DNA of 37,326 bases from Verrucomicrobiota bacterium (GTDB lineage Bacteria > Verrucomicrobiota > Verrucomicrobiia > Limisphaerales > UBA9464), in assembly GCA_043732975.1 (NCBI GenBank), contig JAYTHD010000138.1:1-37326 (forward strand). Reading direction: 5' to 3'. The notes beneath the pieces are model-generated. The model was not told the DNA's origin. It did no database searches and saw only the letters and a list, made by a program, of their open reading frames with translations. Positions 18,755 through 27,529 of this stretch are shown here, one piece after another. The first letter of the stretch is position 1; the number at the start of each line of letters is the position of its first letter. The position numbers were made by a program, and so were the translations under genes.

Positions 18755-20983
18755 GTGGCCCGTGAGTATCATCTGAAGCCGGTCTCGGCTGCACCGTCGC
18801 TGCGGATCAATTACCGCGACGAACTCAATCCGCAGCAGTACGCCGCCGTGTCGGCCGGCAATGGTTCCTCCCTCGTGCTCGCCGGCGCCGGGGCGGGCAA
18901 GACGCGGACCCTCACCTACCGCGTCGCCTGGCTGCTCGAACACGGCACCCCGGCGGATCGCATCCTGTTGCTCACCTTCACCAACAAGTCCGCCCGGGAA
19001 ATGATGCAGCGCGTCGGTGATCTCCTCCCGGGTGATCTGGGACAGTTGTGGGGCGGCACGTTTCATTCGATCGGTCTCCGCATCCTGAGGCGCCACCCCG
19101 AGCGGCTCGGCTATCAACCCACATTCACCGTGGCGGATCGCGAAGACGCCGAGGACCTGCTGGAGAGCTGCATCGCGGACGTGGGAATCGACGTCAAAGC
19201 CACCCGCTTCCCCAAGGCCGAAGTGCTGGCGGATGTCTTCAGCATGGCGCTCAATACGGGCCGCACCGTGACCGAGGAACTGGAACGTAACCACATTTCC
19301 TTCGTACCTTTGACCGAGGAAATCCTGCGAGTACACAAGGCCTACGCCGAGCGGAAGCGCCGGGCCGCGTTGATGGATTTTGACGACCTGCTCACGCTGT
19401 GGTTGCGCCTGCTGCAGGAACATGCCGACGTGGCCGAAGCGTATCAGCGCCGATTCCAACACGTCCTGGTGGATGAATACCAGGACACCAACCGCCTCCA
19501 GGCCACGCTGCTCGACACGCTCAGCCGGCGCCACGGCAACCTGATGGCCGTGGGCGACGATGCCCAGTCCATCTACTCCTGGCGTGGCGCGAACTTCGCC
19601 AACATCCTCGATTTCCCCAAGCGATATCCGCAGGCGCAGGTTTTCAAGGTCGAGATCAATTACCGTTCCACGCCGGAAATCCTTTTGCTCGCCAACGCGG
19701 TCATCGCGCACAACGTCCGCCAGTTTCCCAAGGCGCTCCAACCCGCGCGTCCGTCCGGCATCAAACCGGCGAAGGTCGTGACGATGGACGCCTATGAGCA
19801 GGCGTCGTTCATTGCCCAGCGCGCCCTGGAATTGCGCGATGAAGGCGTCCCGTTGAAGGAGATCTGCGTCCTCTACCGATCCCACTTCCACGCCCTCGAA
19901 CTCCAGCTCGAACTCGTCCGCCGCAACATCCCCTTCGTCATCACCAGCGGCATCCGCTTCTTCGAACAGGCGCACATCAAGGACATCACCGCGTATCTCA
20001 AACTGATCTGTAATCCCACGGACGAGCTGGCGTTCAAGCGGCTGATCCGACTCCTGCCGGGAATCGGCGGCAAAGGGGCCGAGAAACTTTGGGGCATTTT
20101 CGCCCAGGTCCTGGGCGATGTCCTGCCCGGACTGCCCGCGCCGAGGGTGCCCGCCAGCAGCGGCGACGCATCTGAGGTTCCGGCGTCCGACAACGACGGT
20201 GAACTGCCGCCCGAACCAACGTCCGGAAAGGAAGTCGTCGATCCAACTCCGGTCGCGCCGATCTTATTCGCGATGTCCAAGAAGGTGCCACCCAAGGCGC
20301 AGGCCGGTTGGAAGCGGCTGGCGGAGACGATTGCGGACGTGGAAAAGCCCGACTTCCGCAACGCGCCGGGCAAGTCGCTGCGACAAGTGCTCGCGTCCGA
20401 CTACGCGGACCACCTGGAGTTGAACTACGAAAATGCCCGACGGCGCGGCGAAGAAATCGAACAACTGGCCGGCTACGCGGACAAGTTCCGCAGTGGCACG
20501 GAATTCCTCAGTGAACTGGCGCTGCAAACTCATCTGGAGGCGGATCAGGACAACAAACGCAGCCGGGTGGAAGACGATGATGAACGCCTGCGCCTGTCCA
20601 CCGTGCACCAGGCCAAGGGTCTGGAGTATGCGGTGGTTTTTGTGATCATGCTTTGCGAAGGGCTGTTTCCCAGCGCGCGTTCGACCGAGACGGCGGAGGG
20701 CGAGGAGGAGGAACGGCGCCTGTTCTATGTGGCCGTCACACGGGCGAAAACGGAACTTAACCTATGCCGCCCCTTAACCCGTTTCCTGCCGGGTGGTGGC
20801 GACGGCATGCAAATGCCCTCACGGTTTTTGGAGGAAATTCCCGGCGAACTGGTGGAGGAGATTGAAGTCTTTTCGCCCCGCTTGCCCACCGGGCACGGCA
20901 AGTTCACGCCCAAGGAGCAAAGCGACGACGAGCCGGACGAGGGAATCCACGAAGATGCCCCCGACGATGACGCGCCGTTTTAA
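18755..20983 (+). CDS. UvrD/PcrA/Rep-family ATP-dependent DNA helicase
   Basis: Motifs AGAGAGKT, LVDEYQDTN, VGDDAQSIYSWRGA, INYRSTPEIL, TVHQAKGLEYAVVF, FYVAVTRAK. The track ORF begins at ATG 18623, only 17 nt after the tRNA. An in-frame GTG at 18755 sits 26 codons before the conserved LNPQQ and is my preferred start, but it is uncertain. Confidence 0.88.
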   Translation: MAREYHLKPVSAAPSLRINYRDELNPQQYAAVSAGNGSSLVLAGAGAGKTRTLTYRVAWLLEHGTPADRILLLTFTNKSAREMMQRVGDLLPGDLGQLWGGTFHSIGLRILRRHPERLGYQPTFTVADREDAEDLLESCIADVGIDVKATRFPKAEVLADVFSMALNTGRTVTEELERNHISFVPLTEEILRVHKAYAERKRRAALMDFDDLLTLWLRLLQEHADVAEAYQRRFQHVLVDEYQDTNRLQATLLDTLSRRHGNLMAVGDDAQSIYSWRGANFANILDFPKRYPQAQVFKVEINYRSTPEILLLANAVIAHNVRQFPKALQPARPSGIKPAKVVTMDAYEQASFIAQRALELRDEGVPLKEICVLYRSHFHALELQLELVRRNIPFVITSGIRFFEQAHIKDITAYLKLICNPTDELAFKRLIRLLPGIGGKGAEKLWGIFAQVLGDVLPGLPAPRVPASSGDASEVPASDNDGELPPEPTSGKEVVDPTPVAPILFAMSKKVPPKAQAGWKRLAETIADVEKPDFRNAPGKSLRQVLASDYADHLELNYENARRRGEEIEQLAGYADKFRSGTEFLSELALQTHLEADQDNKRSRVEDDDERLRLSTVHQAKGLEYAVVFVIMLCEGLFPSARSTETAEGEEEERRLFYVAVTRAKTELNLCRPLTRFLPGGGDGMQMPSRFLEEIPGELVEEIEVFSPRLPTGHGKFTPKEQSDDEPDEGIHEDAPDDDAPF

Positions 20984-21004
20984 AGACGTTCCAAGCCGAT
21001 TGCG

Positions 21005-23752
21005 TCAGCCCGTATCGTTCCCGGATCCCAGTTGGCCCCACCACTGGTGATAAAGCCGCTCGAGTGTTTCCCGGGGATCCTCCACCAGCAGCGCTTCCTT
21101 GATGCGGGTGGCGTACATGCCGAACGAGAGCGGCGGCACCCGCGGGACAACGCGCGAGCGGATCGGCCGTTGGTGTTCCGCCAGGTCCCGCAGGTAGGCC
21201 TCCGCGCGGGCGCCATCCAGGAAGCTGTGCTCCGCGTCACGCCGCGCTTCCCGCAACAGCACGTGATCGGGCTCGTGTTGCACCAATACATTGAAGATGA
21301 CCTCGGTGCTCCATTGCAATTTGCGCACCGATTTGCGGGCGTCGAAGTGGTTGCGATAAACCATCAACCCGGTCTGGGCGGCGGATCGAAAATGATATTT
21401 CAACAGATCCGAACGCCCCAGCGCTTCCGCGAGATCCGCTCGAAAATTCTCCGGCGCCAACAGCCCGGGCAATTCCGCAGCAGTCAGCGTCTGGTTTTCG
21501 GCGACACTCAGGACGAACCCGTAATCATCCGTCGTGGCAATGGCATTGCCGCCGCGCAGTCGGCTCAATCGAAGCCCGACCACCCGCGACAACGCATCAT
21601 TGGCCGCCCGGCCGATGAGGCTGTGGAAGAAGTAGTGGCGCGTCGCCGGCGGTGCGGAAAGGGGCAAGGGATTCTCCGGGACGCGGGCCGGGCGTCCGGG
21701 GCTGCGGGACTTCGCGGGTACGGTGATCGCCGCCATCGCCAATTGCGCCGTGGCGGAGACCGTCGGCTCCCCCGCTTCGCGCCGTCCGATCCGCGCCCGC
21801 GTCGGGCGCTCCGGCGGCGCGGGCACTTCGATCAACTCCTCCACCAGCAGAAAATCTCCCGTGGGAATCTCACTGACGCCGTGTTGTGCCGCATGGACCC
21901 GAAGGATCACGGCGGCGTTATTCGATCCGCATTCCAAGCGCCGTCCAATCCACTGTTGCAGCACCGTGGCGGACTCACGGGCGTCCAGTCTTTGGCGCAG
22001 TTCGGTGCGAAAGGCGCGGATTTCACGGGCCACGCGATTCGCCAAGGGAAACTTGTTCGCCCCCCAGCGCGGCACCGTGGGCACGGCTCCGTCCGCCCGC
22101 TCCACCCAGCATTCCATCACGCCCACCCGCAGCAATCGCACCGGCCGGCCGCTCAAGGTGAATACATCGCCGGCCCGCAGGGAGCGCAGAAACCCTTCCT
22201 CCACCGATCCCAACTGCGTCGATTGCAACAACACGCGGACGGCACCGTCGTCCGGAATGGTGCCCACATTTTGCAGGAGATCGCGCCGGGTGGCACCCGC
22301 GCGGGTTTCAAAAACGCCGTCGCCCAATACCAGCTTGCCGAACAATTCGGCATACTGCTCACGCAAGGCCTTGCCGCCGCCGGCGAGGAAGTCCAGGACG
22401 GCATCAAAATCGGCCCGGGACAATTCCCGATACGGCCAGGCCCGGCGGACTTGTGCGTAGGCCTCGTCATTTTTTTGCTCACCCGTGCAACCCAATCCCG
22501 CCAGGTGTTGCGCCAGCACATCCAGCGGTGCGATCGGAATCCGCAGGGCGTCCAACTGCCCCCGGCGCGCCAACAGCGCCGTGGCGCAGCATTCCACGAG
22601 ATCGCCGACATTCGTCGCCATCAGCAATCCCCGGCTGATTTCCTGCGGACCATGCCCGGCTCTTCCGGCCCGTTGCAACGCCTTGCTGACTCCCTTGGGC
22701 GTGGCCAGCATGACCACCTGATCGATGCAGCCGATGTCGAGCCCGAGTTCCAGCGACGTGGAACAGACCACGGCGCGCAATTCCCCGAGCTTAAGCCGAT
22801 CCTCCACCTCGAGACGCACGGCCCGGTCCAGCGAGGCGTGATGACATTCGATGGCCAGATCCGGGAGCGCTGCCTTCAGCCAGTAGGTGGCGGATTCGGC
22901 GCCGCTCCGCGTGTTGGTGAAGACCAGGGTCGTCCGGTTGGCGCGGATCAATTTGGCCAGTTCCCCCATCAATCGTTCACCGCTGAACCCCGCCGGCGGA
23001 TAGGGTTCCCGCTGCAAGGGACTGAACACCGCGAGTTCGATTTGTTTGGCCGGGGCGACCTGCACCAGGCGGCACGCGCGCTCCGCACCCACGAGGAACG
23101 ATCCGGCCTCCGCGAGCGGATGCACGGTCGCCGAGAGTCCGATGCGTTGCAGCCGGGCCGGCGGGATTTGGCAGGCTTCCAGGCGCTCCAGTGCCAGCGT
23201 GAGCTGCGTGCCCCGCTTGTTTTCCGCCAGCGCATGCACCTCGTCCACGATCACCCAGCGCACCGTGGCCAGTCGGGACAACCACCGTGACTGGCTGAGC
23301 ATCACACACAGGCTTTCCGGAGTGGTCAGCAATATTTCCGGAGGTGTGGCAAACTGACGGGCGCGCTCCGTTTCCGGAGTGTCCCCGTTTCGCAATCCCA
23401 CGCGGATCGGCGGTCGGGGATGGTCCGCCTCCGGATAGATTTCCCGCAGGGGGCCGGCCAGATTCTTTTCCAGGTCATATCCCAGGGCGCGCAACGGGGA
23501 GAGGTAGAGACAGCGAACGCCCGGCGCCGCGGACGCTTCAGGTTCCGCAGGCGTCGCCGCCAGGGCATGCAGCACGGCGAGAAACGCCGCGAGCGTCTTG
23601 CCGGTGCCGGTCGGTGAAACGATCAGCACATTTTCACCGGCGACGATCCGGGGCCACGCGGCCACCTGCGCCGGCGCCGGCTCGGGGAAACGGGCATCAA
23701 ACCAGCGGGTCACCGCCGAAGCGCCCAGGATGGAAACCGCGGAAACGCTCAT
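21005..23752 (-). CDS. Lhr-like DEAD/DEAH-box helicase with C-terminal DEAD-associated domain
   Basis: From ATG 23752 (MSVSAVSILG..., 915 aa): Walker A SPTGTGKT, DEVH box VIVDEVHAL, motif VI QRAGRAGH, and a long C-terminal domain as in Lhr-core proteins. The 249 codons upstream in the track ORF are antisense to the next gene. Confidence 0.88.
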   Translation of the reverse strand: MSVSAVSILGASAVTRWFDARFPEPAPAQVAAWPRIVAGENVLIVSPTGTGKTLAAFLAVLHALAATPAEPEASAAPGVRCLYLSPLRALGYDLEKNLAGPLREIYPEADHPRPPIRVGLRNGDTPETERARQFATPPEILLTTPESLCVMLSQSRWLSRLATVRWVIVDEVHALAENKRGTQLTLALERLEACQIPPARLQRIGLSATVHPLAEAGSFLVGAERACRLVQVAPAKQIELAVFSPLQREPYPPAGFSGERLMGELAKLIRANRTTLVFTNTRSGAESATYWLKAALPDLAIECHHASLDRAVRLEVEDRLKLGELRAVVCSTSLELGLDIGCIDQVVMLATPKGVSKALQRAGRAGHGPQEISRGLLMATNVGDLVECCATALLARRGQLDALRIPIAPLDVLAQHLAGLGCTGEQKNDEAYAQVRRAWPYRELSRADFDAVLDFLAGGGKALREQYAELFGKLVLGDGVFETRAGATRRDLLQNVGTIPDDGAVRVLLQSTQLGSVEEGFLRSLRAGDVFTLSGRPVRLLRVGVMECWVERADGAVPTVPRWGANKFPLANRVAREIRAFRTELRQRLDARESATVLQQWIGRRLECGSNNAAVILRVHAAQHGVSEIPTGDFLLVEELIEVPAPPERPTRARIGRREAGEPTVSATAQLAMAAITVPAKSRSPGRPARVPENPLPLSAPPATRHYFFHSLIGRAANDALSRVVGLRLSRLRGGNAIATTDDYGFVLSVAENQTLTAAELPGLLAPENFRADLAEALGRSDLLKYHFRSAAQTGLMVYRNHFDARKSVRKLQWSTEVIFNVLVQHEPDHVLLREARRDAEHSFLDGARAEAYLRDLAEHQRPIRSRVVPRVPPLSFGMYATRIKEALLVEDPRETLERLYHQWWGQLGSGNDTG

Positions 23753-23833
23753 GCTGAAGGCAACCGGAGATGCGGATCGCGCCCCGGAGACACTGGCCCT
23801 TGGCAGCGGGGATTTCCGCGCCACCCTTGGCCC

Positions 23834-24739
23834 ATGATCTCCCGCCGCACGTTTCTCACCGGCTCTGCGCTCGCCTCGGTTGCCCCCTGGGCGCAGGCGG
23901 TGGAGGCCTTCCATCGGACGGGCGACACCACCCCGCCCCGCCTGCGCATGTCGCTGGCGGCATATTCCTTTCGCAACGATCTCGCGGTCAAAAAGGACGG
24001 CACCCCCTCGAAGCTGGATCTGTTTTCGTTCATCGATTTTTGCGCCACGAACAATGTGCCCGGCGCGGAGCTGACCAGCTATTACTTTAGGCCCAATCCC
24101 GACGACGCCTACCTGCTCGCGCTCCGCCGACACGCCCACCTTCGTGGCGTCACCGTGAGCGGCACCGCCATCGGCAACAATTACACGTTGCCCCACGGAC
24201 CGAAGCGCGACACGGAAATCGCGAACACGAAACAATGGATCGAACGCGCGGCCGTCCTCGGCGCGCCCCACATTCGCGTCTTCGCCGGCGCTCCCGCCAA
24301 GGAACAGACCCTGGCCGAGGCCAAGAAGCTCTGCGTGGAAGCGCTGGAGGAATGCGGGGAGGCCGCCGGAAAACATGGCATTTTCCTCGGGGTCGAAAAC
24401 CATGGCGGCATCGTCGCGGAAGCCGCGGACCTGCTCGATATCGTCAAGGCGGTCCAATCGCCCTGGGTCGGCATCAATCTGGATACCGGTAATTTCCACA
24501 CCGACGACCCCTGGGGAGACCTCGCCAAGTGCGCTCCCTATGCCGTCAATGTGCAGTACAAGGGCTACATCCGCGCCCGGGCCGCCAAGGCAGCGGAGTC
24601 ACCGGATCCGGTTCGCACGGCCCGGATGTTGAAGGACGCGGGCTATTCCGGATGGGTCGCCCTGGAGTATGAGTTGAGCGGGGACCCGTGGAAAAAAGTC
24701 CCGTCCATGCTCGCCGATCTGCAAGCGGCGCTGGGCTGA
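23834..24739 (+). CDS. Tat-exported xylose-isomerase-like TIM-barrel protein (sugar phosphate isomerase/epimerase family)
   Basis: MISRRTFLTGSALASVAPWAQA twin-arginine signal. The barrel carries IRVFAG, LGVENHGG and GINLDTGNF. 301 aa. Confidence 0.85.
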   Translation: MISRRTFLTGSALASVAPWAQAVEAFHRTGDTTPPRLRMSLAAYSFRNDLAVKKDGTPSKLDLFSFIDFCATNNVPGAELTSYYFRPNPDDAYLLALRRHAHLRGVTVSGTAIGNNYTLPHGPKRDTEIANTKQWIERAAVLGAPHIRVFAGAPAKEQTLAEAKKLCVEALEECGEAAGKHGIFLGVENHGGIVAEAADLLDIVKAVQSPWVGINLDTGNFHTDDPWGDLAKCAPYAVNVQYKGYIRARAAKAAESPDPVRTARMLKDAGYSGWVALEYELSGDPWKKVPSMLADLQAALG

Positions 24740-24797
24740 ACTCCGCCATCGGATCCATCCGGCGGGATTTAATTCGGGGCCGATCCGGCTCCGTGGC

Positions 24798-25853
24798 TCA
24801 GTGGCTCGCCGCCGTACCGGTGAACCACGACCGTAGGCGCAGGGCCGGTCGCTCGATGAAAAGATGACTCAGCACCGCCAGCCCGAGGGACACGACGACG
24901 GCCCAGACCGGTGAAAACGCGACCGGAAAATCCCGGGGATTCACCAGGCAAAAAGGTTGTTGCCAGAGATAAAGCGAATAGGAAATAAGACCCAGACCCG
25001 CCAGCGGCTTGAAATTGAGCACCAGATCCACCCATCCGCTCCTGCCCTGAATGAGGTAGCGAATGACCAGCGCCACCAGCAGGAACGAAACACTGGGGAC
25101 CCACAGTTGCACGATTCCCGGGGCGCGCCCCAGTAAACTCGAATTGAGCGGGAGAATCGCCAGCACCGCGACTGGGACGGCCCACTGCGAGGTGAACACC
25201 GGCGCGTTCAACACCTTGGAGAAACGGGGATGCGCCAGGACGGCGGCCAAAAAACAACCCATCAGCAGCGCATCATAACGCAGGTCCGTCCGCAGCGAAT
25301 TGACACCCATCACCCCGAAATGGGCATAGTTCAGCTTCCGCCACACGGGCGCAAAGAGGATCAATGCCGCCGTGAGGTAGAGGCGCCGATCCCGGCTCAG
25401 ACATAGAAAAAGCACCGGCCAGACCCAATAAAACTGCTCTTCAATCGCCAGGCTCCAACAGTGGGTGGTGATCTCGGATCCGGTGACAAAGTTCCGAAAA
25501 AACAGAATGGACGAGAAGAAGTCCCGGGCGGGAACCTGGATTCGACCCAAGGACGCGAGTACTCCCACCACCGCCAGATAGGCCATCGCGGGCGGCAGGA
25601 TCCGAAACGCCCGGCGGAGGTAAAACGCCTTCAAATCGATGGCGCCGGACCTCCCTTCCTCACGGAGGAGCAGCCACGTGATCAGGAACCCTGACAGGAC
25701 AAAGAAAAGTTCCACCCCAAAGCTGCCCATCCGGGCGAGCTCCTGGACCAGCCCGTTGCCGGGAGCAATGCGGCCGCTGGTCAATAAATGGGTCAGGATG
25801 ACCCAACTCACCGCAATGGCGCGCAAGCCGTCCAGGCCCGGAAGTCGTGACAT
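24798..25853 (-). CDS. acyltransferase family 3 membrane protein (OafA-like)
   Basis: MSRLPGLDGLRAIAVSWVILTHL... N-terminal signature followed by about 10 hydrophobic segments. ATG 25853 is preferred over GTG 25895. Confidence 0.85.
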   Translation of the reverse strand: MSRLPGLDGLRAIAVSWVILTHLLTSGRIAPGNGLVQELARMGSFGVELFFVLSGFLITWLLLREEGRSGAIDLKAFYLRRAFRILPPAMAYLAVVGVLASLGRIQVPARDFFSSILFFRNFVTGSEITTHCWSLAIEEQFYWVWPVLFLCLSRDRRLYLTAALILFAPVWRKLNYAHFGVMGVNSLRTDLRYDALLMGCFLAAVLAHPRFSKVLNAPVFTSQWAVPVAVLAILPLNSSLLGRAPGIVQLWVPSVSFLLVALVIRYLIQGRSGWVDLVLNFKPLAGLGLISYSLYLWQQPFCLVNPRDFPVAFSPVWAVVVSLGLAVLSHLFIERPALRLRSWFTGTAASH

Positions 25854-25888
25854 ACCCACGGAATGATTGGGCGAACCGGCAGGCCCGA

Positions 25889-26065
25889 TCACCACTTCTT
25901 CCTGACGTCCTCGTTGGCCGCCCCGCCTTTGGTTTTGCCGGCAGCGGTCCGGACATTCCGGGCGTCGCCCACGACTGCACCCGAGCTGGTGGGGCGTTGC
26001 GGCGGGTTCGCCGCGGCCGTCGATATTGCCTTTGCCACGTTGGAGAATTTTTTAACCGGCGACAT
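25889..26065 (-). CDS. possible small basic disordered protein (58 aa), hypothetical
   Basis: ATG 26065 is preceded by tgggaaga. The product is MSPVKKFSNVAKAISTAAANPPQRPTSSGAVVGDARNVRTAAGKTKGGAANEDVRKKW. Third codon positions are mostly G/C, as in neighbouring genes. It lies in an otherwise unexplained 350-bp gap. I recognise no homolog. Confidence 0.3.
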   Translation of the reverse strand: MSPVKKFSNVAKAISTAAANPPQRPTSSGAVVGDARNVRTAAGKTKGGAANEDVRKKW

Positions 26066-26209
26066 TCTTCCCACAATCCCGAACGGCCAGCAAGTCTTTG
26101 GCAAGAGACCGCCTGGGCGGGTGACGACCGGCTTCCACGACAAAGTGTGTAACGACACTTGAGTTCGGCCCATTTTCGCGCCTTACTCGAAAAAACCATT
26201 TCGCCGTCC

Positions 26210-27505
26210 ATGCCAGTCTCGCGCTCCACCTCCTTCTCGCATAACACGCTCAGCATCATCATGGGTGGGGGCCAGGGCACCCGGCTCTTCCCCCTCACCA
26301 GTGAGCGATCGAAACCCGCCGTGCCGCTCGCCGGTAAATACCGGTTGGTCGACATCCCCATTTCCAACTGCCTGAACAGCGGGCTGAACAAGATCTTCCT
26401 GCTCACCCAATTCAACAGTGCCTCCCTCCACCGGCACATCAGCCAGAGCTTCAAATTCGACCACTTTTCCAGCGGCTTCGTGGAGATCCTGGCGGCCGAG
26501 CAGACGTTCACGAGCAATAGTTGGTATCAGGGAACAGCGGATGCCGTGCGCAAGAACCTGAATCACTTCAGGAATTCCAACTTCGAGTACGCGCTGATCC
26601 TGTCCGGCGATCAACTCTACACGATGGACTTCCGCGAGGTTCTCCAGACCCACATCACCAACGCGGCGGACCTCACCATTGCCACCATTCCTGTCCCGCG
26701 GGCCGAGGCCACCGCCCTGGGGCTCATGCAGGTCAACGGGGAACGCCAGATCACCCGGTTCGCGGAAAAGCCCAAGGAACCGGCACTTCTGGAATCCTTC
26801 AAGATCCCCCGCGCGAACTACCCCGAGTTCAACATCACCCGGGATGAAGACCTCTACCTCGCCTCCATGGGCATCTACGTCTTCAATCGTCAGGTGCTGT
26901 TTGACCTCCTCGACAACAACTGGGAGGACTTCGGGAAACACATCATCCCCGGAGCCATCGAGTCCCGGCGCGTGTTCTCGTACATCTATCAGGGCTACTG
27001 GGAAGACATCGGCACCATCCGAAGTTTCTTTGAGGCGAATCTCGATCAGGCCGCGGAGAATCCCCGATTCAGTTTCTTCCAACCTCCGGTGTTCACCCGT
27101 CCGCGCTTCCTGCCGGCGTCCAAGATCAATGCCGCCGCCATCGATCACGCGGTGATTGCCGACGGTTGTATCCTGAACAGTTGCCGGGTGCAACACTCCG
27201 TCATCGGCGTCCGGGCAGTCCTTGGCGAAGGCGCGCTCCTGAACCGGGTCGTCATGATGGGTTCCGATTATTTCGACTCCGAGGACCGTCGCAATCGCCC
27301 GGAAAACCTGGGTATACCGCTGGGCATCGGCCGCGGCACGCGGATCGATAACGCCATCATCGATAAAAACGCCCGCATCGGCGAGGGCTGCATCCTCAGC
27401 CCGGCGGGGAAGCCGGCCACCCTGGATCATCCCCTCTACCACATCCGGGACGGCATCCTGATCATCCCCAAGCACGCGGTGATTCCCCCCGGGACGGTGG
27501 TCTGA
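26210..27505 (+). CDS. glgC: glucose-1-phosphate adenylyltransferase
   Basis: IIMGGGQGTRLFPLTSERSKPAVPLAGKYRLVDIPISNCLNSG..., WYQGTADAV, and a C-terminal left-handed beta-helix region. ATG 26210 gives 431 aa; the track ORF starts at TTG 26159. Confidence 0.93.
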   Translation: MPVSRSTSFSHNTLSIIMGGGQGTRLFPLTSERSKPAVPLAGKYRLVDIPISNCLNSGLNKIFLLTQFNSASLHRHISQSFKFDHFSSGFVEILAAEQTFTSNSWYQGTADAVRKNLNHFRNSNFEYALILSGDQLYTMDFREVLQTHITNAADLTIATIPVPRAEATALGLMQVNGERQITRFAEKPKEPALLESFKIPRANYPEFNITRDEDLYLASMGIYVFNRQVLFDLLDNNWEDFGKHIIPGAIESRRVFSYIYQGYWEDIGTIRSFFEANLDQAAENPRFSFFQPPVFTRPRFLPASKINAAAIDHAVIADGCILNSCRVQHSVIGVRAVLGEGALLNRVVMMGSDYFDSEDRRNRPENLGIPLGIGRGTRIDNAIIDKNARIGEGCILSPAGKPATLDHPLYHIRDGILIIPKHAVIPPGTVV

Positions 27506-27529
27506 ATCGTCCCTTTTACGAATGCCCAC

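Noticed and set aside
18569-19975. 468-aa minus-strand ORF
   Set aside because: Antisense to the UvrD-like helicase, whose seven helicase motifs are clear. It also overlaps the tRNA-Tyr 3' end.
21032-23290. 752-aa plus-strand ORF
   Set aside because: A shadow ORF antisense to the Lhr-like helicase. It is Arg/Gly/Pro/Gln-rich with no recognisable motifs. Such shadows are typical of high-GC DNA.
21005-24499. 1164-aa version of the Lhr-like ORF as given in the track
   Set aside because: Its first 249 codons (23753-24499) are antisense to the well-supported Tat-signal TIM-barrel gene (23834-24739) and have no helicase features. The helicase N-terminus (MSVSAVSILG...WPRIVAGENVLIVSPTGTGKT) begins at ATG 23752.
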